Positions 50,323 through 61,759 of a stretch of 64,000 nt of DNA are shown here, piece after piece; the stretch's first letter is position 1, and each line of letters opens with the position of its first letter. This stretch comes from Parasitella parasitica NRRL 2501. Its lineage: Eukaryota > Fungi > Mucoromycota. Where the stretch lies: contig MU619286.1 of NCBI GenBank assembly GCA_025201805.1, positions 145,970 through 209,969 of the forward strand. The letters are read 5' to 3'. The notes below the pieces were generated by a model. That model had not been told where the DNA came from. It worked only from the letters and a program-made list of their open reading frames with translations, and did not search any database. The position numbers and the translations under genes are program-made.

Positions 50323-50723
50323 GTCTAGCTTGTAGATGTAGAGTAATTTCCTTTCAGTAAGCATTTCTATTTAGTAATTAGTGTAACAAATAACTAAATT
50401 ATGGTTTTGATCCGACACTTTGTAGAAGATGATGACCAAGAATATAGGCATAAGGAAGATAATTCCAGGTAAATTGTTATTCACGTAAAGGAAATAGGAA
50501 TTTATAACTTGATACAATGGTTAACAGCTATGGAAGGAATATCTTATCAACCCTGCGAATTTACGAATAATTAGCAGTTGTATTAAAGACCTTGCTAGAT
50601 CATACAGTAATTTATTCTTAGAAATTACGTGATTTGGAAAGAAACTTGTAAAAAATTGTGCATGTCAAATTATTACATCTCTTCCCCCCTATTACTATAA
50701 GAAGCAAAATAACTACTAACAAT

Positions 50724-51800
50724 ATGGACCGCAATATTATTGAAGATGATTTGATCCTTTTATTGCATGCTAGAAGTATGCGTGGACCTACCAAAAGACA
50801 AAGGGTAAAGTATAAACGTTTGATTTTGAGGGATTGACAGATCAAAAGTGCAAGGCAATGTTTCGCTTCACTCTTGGAGAAATCAAGCGTATCTGCAAAG
50901 CTTTAAAGCTCGATTCCATTGTCAGATTTAATGGTGTCCAAGCAGAGAATCGTTTTACGATGGCTATGCTTTTGTACACTCACGCCTCTCCTCGAAGATT
51001 TGTAGACATAAGCGAATACTTTGGTGTCTCTGAATGCAACTTATCTAGAATATTGAACGGGGCATTTGAATTAATTATTGAAAAAACCAAGTACGGTCTG
51101 GAGTTTGATGAATCGCAATTCTCAAAAGAAAACTGAGAGCGATTTTCAAAAGCAATTTTCAAAAGCAATTTTTGAAAGAGAAGCATACTATTCCCATATC
51201 GTTGGATTTATCGACGGTATTATGCAGCATATATGCCGACCCACTGGTAATACCGCGCAGAAAAACATGTACAACGACTGGAAGCACATCCATTGCAACA
51301 AGCTTCAGGCAACATCTACAACTGATGGTATTACTACTAGCTTGTGTGGACCATACGTTAAACGACGCAACTACCGAGGAATGTTGATCGAAAGCCAAAT
51401 AAGTGAAAGACTATCGGCCCACTTCAACAGCATTTCTCCTAACAAAAAGTCTGCTACATCTAGCGAAGAAGGATACTCTGGGGGTTGTAATATAGTTGTT
51501 CCGTACAGCTGGCCATTTACTAACGAACTTGAACAAGAAACAAACAAGTCTTTATCCAAAGTACGTGTAGCAATTGAAATGGAATTTGGCAATGTATCTC
51601 AGTACATCAATGGATGCAAATGGAAGTATGGAAATAAGTTAAAGCAAACAACACCTGAAAGAAAATACGTCCTTGCTGCGATTTTCATACTTGCATGAAT
51701 GGATAGCCCATTTCTGCAATGTTTAAGTTAACACCAGCGACTGTCGAAGTATATCTCGAACAACTAATGAGGCCCAGAAATAATAATAATTTTACAGAAT
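50724..51800 (+). pseudogene. PIF/Harbinger DDE transposase (HARBI1-like), frameshifted
   Basis: CKAMFRFT, IVGFIDG..HICRP, YNDWKHIH..KLQA..TTDG, CGPY, EGY, NKSLSKVRVAIEMEFG; stop/frameshift near 51136. Confidence 0.88.
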
Positions 51801-51886
51801 AAATGATCCGATTTGAAAAAACAAAAGGTAGTATGATGCAGTTTTATTTTCTGGCTACTACTTTCGAAAGAAAAATCAATAAATGG

Positions 51887-52740
51887 TCAAAACAAGCGTT
51901 CATTATCCTGATGCAGTTTTTCATTAGCACGAATGAATTCTTTCATATCACAATGATGTTGTTGATTGTCCCGATGTAGCCTCTCAAAACCGTCTACGAG
52001 CTCTTCTTGCTTTCTTGTTCGTAAAGCAAATGATTGCTGTAACAACTCAGCAAAGCCATCACCGCCTCTTTCAATGACTGGACTAGGTGAAGTGAAGACG
52101 GGAGTCTCCATTGTCTTACTACTAGTAGCGCCTACCAGAGTACTGTCATTTCCTTTGCCTTTATTCTTTTTTTTTTCTTTTCACTGTGATGAGTTTTTCT
52201 TTTCAAAGACATTTTTTGCAACATCTTGGCTATCTTTCAACTCTTGAGCTTTCTTACTTTTTTGGGCGGCAGTAGCAGCTTTATCATCGCTTCTCTGCAT
52301 AAAAATGTGAGAATTACTGTATTGCATTATTTGATAACATTACATTTACCGCCTCCTAAGCTTTGCGAGCTGCTTTCTCCATCTCAAGAGTATAGTTACT
52401 ACTAGCTGGCTTGCTGTTTTGAGCCTTTTCTGTAAACATTGGCTCAAAGGTGCTCATCAATTTTTCAAACCTTTCTTGAACAGCTTGTCTCCTTAAACTG
52501 TTTTGGTCGCTATCTATACTGTTCACATACTCAATAACCCTCTCCCGTTGTTGTACTTGCTACCGTGGACTATACCATATGGTCGAAACTTCACATAGGC
52601 CTGAAGAAGCTCTAGTGTTCTTGAACTTGTCATACACTTCTCTCTACACTAATGCGGCGAGGAGTCTTATTTGCCTTCTCTGATGTTGTCAACACATGGC
52701 TGCTAGTTCCTGATCTTTGACGTTTTGAGGGTCATATTTT
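51887..52740 (-). pseudogene. Harbinger Myb/SANT-like accessory protein, degenerate
   Basis: Convergent to the transposase; manual translation TLELLQAYVKFRPYG...VIEYVNS...VQERFEKLMSTF with in-frame stops, one intron and a coiled-coil tail. Confidence 0.65.
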
Positions 52741-53016
52741 ATGAAACTTGTTTTTGTTTTGTTCATTTTAGGGCACATATTATTGATTTTAGCTTTCAGT
52801 GTGGGAAAGAGAAAAATATGAATGCTTTTTCATCAAAATTCTAATTTCAACATTTCATACCATTTAGTTATTCATTTCTGAATCGTTTATTTTTATTATC
52901 ATATTATTATATGTATCCACTTTTTACATCAAAATCGGATAGGCTCCTTAGAAGGGGTTTTGATTCATATACGGTACACCTTTCTCGGTTTTATCAAAAC
53001 ATGTAATACTGTTTTT

Positions 53017-55028
53017 TTATGTCGATTTTTTACTTTTTCTCGAAAGGGTATGACTATCATATGAAAGCCATGAGAGAGGGGGGGTGGCAAGTCTTCGATG
53101 GGTGGTTTTAGCAGCAAATAATATCGATGATTCCGCCTCACTCACGGTTTCAACGGCAATGTTCTGTTTATAAAGTAAAATAATATATATAAGTAAAAGG
53201 GATCAAACTTTAAGTAAAATTATGTTTACCTTCAACTGCAATAGCTTTATGATGATTTTTGGAAGCAATATGTATTGTTCAATATTCTCATGCAAACTGA
53301 TTTCACTCAACTTGGTCATACGGTACATATTTGGGGAGGGCATGTCCATGCAGTAGGTTGTTAACCGAGTTCCTTCACTTCTTATTCCGCAGACAATAGG
53401 ATTTCCAAGGCGGTTATTTACCAAGTCATTGTATGTTGATCGCATTTGGCGGCCTAATTTAACCAAATCTGATTCTACTGCTGAGTTACACTTCGTTGGC
53501 TTGAACTCAGAGACAAGTAATACGCATTTAACATTGATAATTCGGGAGAAAAGTGTGAAATCTGGTTTGTACGTTTTTGATCCTGAACTTGTTAGCTCTG
53601 CGTTGGCCCTATAAATAGCATTGAGATAAGCTTGAGCTATTCACTTTCAAAAAAAAAAAAAAAAAGTACCATTGGATTTCAAATCTTTCGTCAGAATTGA
53701 ATATTGATTGTAATATTGGGGACAGTATTTGTTGTACGTATGTATCTTCAACAGTTGATAAAGGCGATCTTGATACAAACATAGGAAGACTAAACATATA
53801 TGATACAGCAAGTATTAATATTCATAAATATTGATGTTCCAGTTTTTGATTACGTTTGGACAAGTGTGTGTGCTGTATGAATATCAACTATATTTTTACT
53901 TGTGATAGCGTCAGACAATAAACCTGAAGCTTTTGTGATGGCACTGATCCAGTCTGTGGGAGGGTCCTTTAAAAGATAAATTTATTAGTTCATATTCAAA
54001 GTTGTTCTATTGATTTCTTACATTGCTGATTTCTGTACACCATACAGACGCCTTATCAGGCATTTCGGGTAGATTTTTATTGCACTTCAATTCAGCCATG
54101 ATTAATTTATGCATGCCATGGAGGAAATACTTGGTAATTGAGTTGTTGGGTTCATTTGAGAATAAGTATATATCATTCATCGCCCTAAGGGTATTAAAAT
54201 ATGCAATCTGTATTCAGCCAAAGTACTTTTTTCTTTCTTTTTTACATACATTATCTTGATATCTGAGAGGGTACTAGGATTGGCTTGGGATCGCAAGGTG
54301 TTATGCTTAAATGCATAGCATTCTTTGGAAATATTATATATTTTATCAACGATCCAGTCATTGTTATCCCCTTCTTCATTATCCTCCTCTTCTTCTTCGG
54401 CCTCTTCATCATTGTAGGATAAAGTGTGCTCATTGGTTCGGAGTGGCTGGTGGTTCATACTAAGGTCTGAAGGGAACTTCTCTTGGCTACTATCTGAGGT
54501 GCTTTCATCTGAGCTAAAATCACCTATATTACCTTCAAGTATATCCTGCACCTGGTCCCCAACTGTGTCCAATGAAGTGTCAATGATGTTGATGGCCTTC
54601 ATTTTACCTTTGTTTGCCAATGTACTGGCACCGTGATCCACCTCGGCCTTTTCAGCTATATCCTTCTTCGATGATGCAACTTGGATAAATTCACTTTTAA
54701 AAGATTCATTGGCAGCATATCTATAACACTTCTTCGCATAAGTTTTCACTTCAGTAGGGATACCAACAACATGCGAGAGTTGGTAAAAGTTGTCTAAAAC
54801 TTTGTTATACAGGTCTTCAACGTCGTATCTCAGTAATCTCTTGACATTAATCGAGTCCACCAATTCAGTTGGGGCTGTCCACGATTTTACAGGAGCAACA
54901 ATCAAGCCTTTGACTATGCCTGGGATTTTAACGGGGAGGACATACATAGCATTCTTGTTTGGTGCACGGGGTTTTCTTATATCCTTAAAAGTGTCTGCTC
55001 CTTTTTTAGAGCTTCTCGTCTGAGACAT
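53017..55028 (-). CDS. Putative PD-(D/E)xK restriction-endonuclease-fold protein, 6 exons, apparently intact
   Basis: Five GT-AG introns join an uninterrupted frame from MSQTRSSKK to KKST*; motifs EDTYV..ILSPIL, W|AN, YKPDF, VSEFKP, DLVKLG..M, VCGI, MYRM. Confidence 0.75.
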
Positions 55029-56422
55029 ACTATTAAGATCTTTCACTTTTAAAGTATGGTAAACAACAGCAGATGTTTTTTTTTGTTTTTGGCAATCAAA
55101 AAAAGAATACTTTTTGTTCCAAGTGACTTATCAAGGAGTTGCTAAAAGAGAGAGAGAATGATAAACGACTGCGCTTATTGTTTCGATTTCTTCATGAGAG
55201 CTACTAAACACTTTAAATATGTGATTCTAGTTGGTATTGTTACTCTAACTCAGAAATAACTCAAAAACTGTGATTGAACTGAAATCTAAACTATGGTAGC
55301 TCCTTTCCTTTGCAGACATCAGAAAAAGATACCACAACGGTTTAAAATCAATTTTATTTGCATCATGGTATGGATACATGGTCTCCTGGTAAAAAATAAA
55401 GAAAACGATAACTAACCTATACTCTCCCAAGAGCGATACCTATATCTTGAGGATATTTGGATATTTGAACCTAATATTCCTGGAAAAGTTCCTTTTTCAA
55501 CTTATAGTACAGAGTAATTTAGGATTTTAAAGAAGACTCCAATACAAAAATCAGTATTTGTAATGATCGAATGACTTCAGTGTCCTCATCAACACAGTAT
55601 AAATCTTCAAGATAAAAAATTCTATTATTTTATAGCCATTGAGTTAACGCATGAAAAATCAACTCTTTTTAGCCCCCGTTTCACCATTTGATGGTGAGAT
55701 TTCCGTTATGTCCATGTGCTCATCAAGATACCCAAATAGATACATCAATTTTATCGTCATCAATTTTGCAGTATTGATAAACAGACTATTAAATTGCACA
55801 AATGAACACAATAGCAGATGACGTTGGGATAAAATTGATTGAATTTTATAAGAATAAGTAAAACTACTGAAATAAACACAACGAGGCAATACATTTACTT
55901 TTTTGATTCAAAGAAATCTGAAAGAGAGGGTATAGTCTTGATTTTTATATTATGCATGTGATTTTGGTCTATTGTTACATTTAGCGGTGAGAATACCTCT
56001 TTTACAAGTACAAAGAAGAATGTCTATTTTTGACATTCTCAAATATAGGATACACCTGCAATCTAAATACAGTGGTCGAGTTCACAGTGCATTGTGTTAG
56101 TGTTTTATTCAAAACGTTTGTTTAGAAAGTACTTTTAATGGGTCTAAGATTCTTTTTTATTGCCCTTCTAGAGCAAAATCAAGTATTGTAAATACAAAGA
56201 ATGTCTGAATTGTGGTAGATTGTATTTTGATTAGAAGTGCAATCACTTACGATCGCTTTTAATGCAGTATCATGTAAAAAAAAAAATATAATATTTTATT
56301 CCTTCGTTATTATTAGAGCCCTGAAGTTAGAAATCATGTATAAACCTTCACATTTTCGGTTTATTTTATTAAAAAAACAATACATATCAACCACTATTTT
56401 GCTTGTTAATAATGTATCTTCT

Positions 56423-59400
56423 ATGTCATTTGCTTTTAATGGTCGCAAAAGACGCCTTATTGCTATTAATGATGAAGAAGAACAAATGTCAGATCAGTCG
56501 TGAGTCTTGCGGACAAATCAGCACTTTAACAGCCAATTTACTTTCATGATGCATGCACTCAACAACAATCATAACCAAGAAGTTGGGGATAACTCTCACC
56601 ACAGTTCCCTGTTAAATGCAACGTCTTTTCAACTACATCAGCAAAATCGACGACTAAAGACAAGACAGCAACGAGACATAATCAAACATTGAAAACAAGC
56701 CAGCGATTCCTGAAATTGCAGCTACAGCTTGCTTTGGCAGGCTAGTGATACGGTAGATTAATAAATTAAGAATTTGGACCAACAAAGTTAAAAACTGGTT
56801 GCAAACACGACATCCCACCCAAAACTAGCAACTTTTCTTTTCTTAGCTTTATTGTACGCCTGCCGCAAAACATGAAGTTCAAAAAAAGACAGTTAGAATA
56901 TTATGTTGCAGGCTCAACTATCATCAATCCTCCAGCTTCGTTTCTAAAGCCATCCAGTGGGCTTCGAAGCAAAGTTCAAGCATCCAAAGAGAAAACGGAT
57001 TACTGGAATGCCCTGCAGTTGCAATTTCGAATCTGCCATCTACGCTCAATTGTACATTGCAGAAAAAAAAATGGAGACTATGATGAGCTATATATCTCTT
57101 TATTAAAAAGTACTAGAATACCTAAAGGCGTACTGCAAGAAGCAGAAGCAAAAATCAAGAGTCCAGGAAAAATCACAACGATGTTAAGCACTGTGTATAC
57201 ACAGAATAAAAAGGCTGGAAGTCCGAAGAAGAATTCCAGTCTCTTTTGGATTTACCAGAAAAGGATGATGGTAGCAATGATGATAAATACAGTGAAAATA
57301 GCGAAGATGAAGACAGTGATGGAGCGACTCAAGATGACGCTGAGCAATTTCGTGCATGCTCAATTTCTTTGAGTCAAGTGCTCAGAGACGACTTGCCAAA
57401 CGACATCAGGTCGTTATTCGTCAATACAATCGGTGCTACCATGGAGCAAGTATCTAATTATACCTCTGACTTCAGCAAGCAGGTTCTCAAAGTCGCTCTG
57501 TTGTTTGCTGAGTATACATTTGAATCTAATGACGGCAACATTGAAATTGTCTACGATGGTGGAAACAGCATTGCGTCAATACTGCCAGAATGATATTTAG
57601 AGAAAGACATCACTGTACCAAAGCCATTAGATTCCAGCTCTCTCCAGAATAACGAGTTCAATGCTCACTATCAATTGCTGTTTCTACAACCCCCACTTGA
57701 AACAATTGCACTCAACTTACTATGATCAAGTGGGTATTGAAGAGTCTATCCTTGAAAAGTCGCCTCTCCACAAGGCAATTGTAAACGTTTTGGGCCGTGA
57801 TGAAGCCAAACCACATCAAAATCTGTCCTCGCACGTTGTGAAGATGGCTCGCCAACATTATTACACGAATCTTCGTATTATGTGGTCCGAAAATACTATT
57901 GTCAACAAGCTACCTAGAAAGCTCTTGAACTTCTTGCTGTTGATCCATTTATCTTCCGATCAAGGCCATGCTATCAAGGCGAAAAAACTGAAAGAGAATC
58001 GGCTAAGCTTCGAAAAAACCATAAAGGCAAACAGAGAGTGACAAATTTCAGTATCCCAATGGCAGAAATTTCAGTGCTGAACAAGACAAGAAATGGAAGA
58101 CGAAAGCTGTTTTCTGATGAAAGAAATTAAAAGCCGAGTACGAAGAAAAAGGGAAGCATGAGGCGGCAGACATGTGCCAGATGAGATTTGATATATGAGC
58201 AAGTACTGTATAGAGAGGTAGGGGTCGTCTGGTTTTTAAAGGAAGACAGTGTCATAACTCGGAAGAATGTATATAGCAAGCGGAAAGGGACAGAAATCCA
58301 AGACATCAGCAGCAGCAGAAGCAAGGAAAACGTCAAGAAAGCAATACTGATGATAGAGAGAACTATGAGAAAGAGAAAAATACCAATTTATCTAGAAAAA
58401 GAATTCATCAGTTAGTCAACATTGCAAGATCAGCGTTGTTTGCCACGCAAGATATCACAGACGCATACCTTCAAGATCAGGATGAACAGATCACCACACA
58501 AGGATCTGCAACAATCATCAAAATTACTAGCTTTATTCGACCATACATACCATCAAGCGAGACTTATCATCTCCTTCCATGCCAACTCAAGTTCATCTTG
58601 ATGGCAAACCAAGTACTGCGCTCTATCGGCTATGAAGGCCAAGTTGCTAAATTTATTCCAATAGTCAGACCCACTAGTTTGCATGCACTTCTTATTGACA
58701 CAACGACCCTGTATGCACTTTTTTGCTCGAGAAAACTTTCAAAACGGATGTTTCTTCGAGACTTTCAAGACAATTACGTAAAGCATAAAGACGTCAACGC
58801 TAAAAAAGATGCCATCTTTAGCAGTTTCTTTAACATTGACAAACTGAAAAGCGTGACATCAAGCAATGGTATGGAGTTTGTAAATAGAATACACATCTTA
58901 CCAGGATCGAAGACTGTCAGATTGTATGACAGCATTGGCCATTTCAAGTCTAGTCGCAGGAACCCAGAAACAAAAAGCAAGCTGAGCCATCATACAGATG
59001 ACGACCAGTTACGAGCTATGAAGGCTCAAAAGAAGGAGCTCGATAAGTCGCTCAGGGATCGCACAAAAGAATTGTATCAGTTTCTTCAAGACAACGACAG
59101 TGTTCGTGGTCTCAAGAGAGCTTGGAGAACCAACTTTGAAAAACAAAAACAATGTTATGAGAAAGTCGAAGATGCCCAAGAAAGAGACAAAAATTCTGAT
59201 CTTACAAAGACTTGGAAGGCTAAAGTCGAAGAAAAAAAGACGAGCGCTATGAGAATGTGGAAGCAGTAAAGTTAAGAAAGAGAGGAGTAATGGTGGCATT
59301 CGAGATGCAAAGGAGAGGCTTCATTCACTGCGGCGAGAGATTTATAAATATGGAAAACCTTTAGTGGATAATTTGAAAAATCTAATACCATTTAAGCCCT

Positions 59401-60525
59401 TCACTGTGGGTAACAATGGATGCTGTAGAAAGGTAGAGGAATGCAAGCTGGATGAAGACATGGATCTGACAACAGCCGTGTTCAGTGGCACGGATAATGG
59501 CATTATAAAGACTACTGAGACAGTGTTTTTTGATATCGATCGTTTCGCATCACACTTGAAGCTGTACAATAGGTTTCAGATCTTGGGTATGTAACTCAAT
59601 GCCGTTGAACACATATGTATATTGTTACAGAAACTGACTCTATATGTGTGTATGTGTGTGCCTACTATAGAGGATACCAAAGATGCAGACAACGCTGATG
59701 GTTCAAATACAGATGAGACTGATATTTTTGAACATTTGACTCTACCTCGCGCTCTCAATTTGGGCTTCAAGCAAATCAATCTGCTTGGCTATTTTTACAA
59801 ATTCGTTGACTCGAAAAAAGAAAACCACAGAAGACGAGCACAGAGTTTTGGAGATGGAAAAGGATCTTGGAAAAAATAGTCTTTATCAATGCTCAACATC
59901 TGATGGTTTGGAGCAAGCCCATTCGCATCACACTAATGCGCGCGCATTGTTGCGCTCATTCTATTACAATCAATCCATAACAAAAAGAAAAAAATGGTTG
60001 GAACTCTCTTACAGAAAAGGCTCTGACAGACTAGCAGCTTACGAGAGAAAAAGTTCTGGTGCAAAGAAGCCGATCATGTTTGTCGGTGATCGTGGACACG
60101 GATTCGGCTCTCGCATCAAGGGACACAGACAATTTGATGGGTTCTGGAAACAGCAGCGACACGGCCGCTATACACCAACGCTGATAACAAGTGAACCTAA
60201 TAAGTCGCAAACGTGTGCTTTCTGCTTCCACAAGCTTTTTCATCCTGTGGCTGCTCTCAATGGCAAAATACAACAAACAGCTGGTTCATTTCTTTGCTTA
60301 AATCCCGAATGCCCCAATGCTTTCAAGACAATGTGCCGCGACCAAGTCTCAGCACTTGCCATTGGTCTTGCTGGTCTTGGTTGCCTTTTGTTTGGAGTAA
60401 CTTTCCCCTGCTTCGACCCAAACCCCACCACTGCTAAGCACACACAATTCAACAATTTAGTCCTATCTTTTTTGTACAGAAAACAGATACTGGGATCGCC
60501 TTTCGATGGAGGCAATACTCTTTGA
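56423..60525 (+). pseudogene. Giant Fanzor/TnpB-like gene (about 4.1 kb), frameshifted
   Basis: Chain of + strand ORF pieces ending in RuvC-I VFSGTDNG (D 59493), intron 59587-59670, LRSFYY, IMFVGDRGHGFGSRIKG, RuvC-II ITSEPNKSQTCAFC (E 60193), CLNPEC, RuvC-III CRDQVSALAI (D 60340). The link to the N-terminal pieces is inferred from collinearity. Confidence 0.78.
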
Positions 60526-60956
60526 AGATTAGTAAACAAATATAAAACGTGGGGTAACTCAATATTAATCGAGCGCTGCATCTTTGATTTTGACCTTTTG
60601 ATACTATTGGGTAAGTGACATTGCGATATAAGTTGTTTATAAAAAGTAACCAAACTCATCTGTTTCTTCTTTCTTATAATACTTTAGACGCGATTTGTAG
60701 TCGTGTGCAGATAAATATGTTTTAGAGTAGATTTATAAGGAAGTATGTAGAATGTTATATATGAGATAAAAGATACCTTTATTATTTTAAGATACAATTG
60801 ATATTTATATACTAATTAAAATTGTTACACACAAAGTCTGTGAGCAACTGACAAGCAACTGACATTGTTTGTGAAGCGAAATCAAATGAAGCAACGTGCT
60901 TGGTAATTATAAAAGTGTAAATAAACGTCTCACTTAATAAAAAGTGATTAAAAAAT

Positions 60957-61029
60957 TGCCTGTTAACAGAATTGAACTGCTGACCTTCTGCTTACTAGGC
61001 AGACGCTCTGCCAACTGAGCCAAACAGGC
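60957..61029 (-). tRNA. tRNA-Thr (anticodon AGT)
   Basis: GCCTGTT TG GCTC AGTTGGCA GAGC G TCTGC CTAGTAA GCAGA AGGTC AGCAG TTCAATT CTGTT AACAGGC A: complete 73-nt cloverleaf, followed by a T6 Pol III terminator. Confidence 0.96.
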
Positions 61030-61759
61030 CTGAGTGTTAATAATGCGAGTGCAAAAGGCTTCTGTACAATTACCTTTTTTTTGGGATTTGAATTGAAAAT
61101 TACCATATTCCTGAACGGACTTTGCAAAAAATGAATCAATGTTTTCGATGTTATATATCACACCAAAACCGTTCTCAAGCCCATATTGCTTAAATAAAAC
61201 AGGGGCTTTTTTTCGTCTAAATAATTTATATCATACTTTATCTATTTGAATTATATTGCTGAGATTCTACACAAATCAATAATTTATATCAAGAACATTA
61301 TTGCAAAATACACTAAATATATTAGGTTGTTCCTCGTACACCTTGTATTTTTGTCAAAAAATAACCAAAATTTATCTATATATTTCACAAAAAAGCACCG
61401 CAGCGTATCATTGATATAAATTTCCCAACAAGCCGACGCGTTGATATAGATGAAGAATGCTTTTTTTAGATGTGCCTACTAGTAATCATTCCAGCCAAGA
61501 AGTTAACACCTCCCAATTACCACCCCAAATTGATGTTTATGGATACTGATCTGCCATAATTCTAGACATTATATCTGTTGGATAATAAAAACCAAAGGTT
61601 AACGAGATACGAAAACTTAAAGATACTTTATTTAAGATAGAAATTGCGTCTGCTATTTATATTTTTTACAACTACATAAATTTACGGTGACTTATTTAGA
61701 TTACTAACTGACAAGACTAATTCGCAGTGACAATCTACTTGACAGGTTACGATATGAGG

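Noticed and set aside
56068-56090. TA|CAGTGG possible Tc1-type left end for the giant Fanzor element
   Set aside because: No inverted counterpart found downstream of 60525 within the window.
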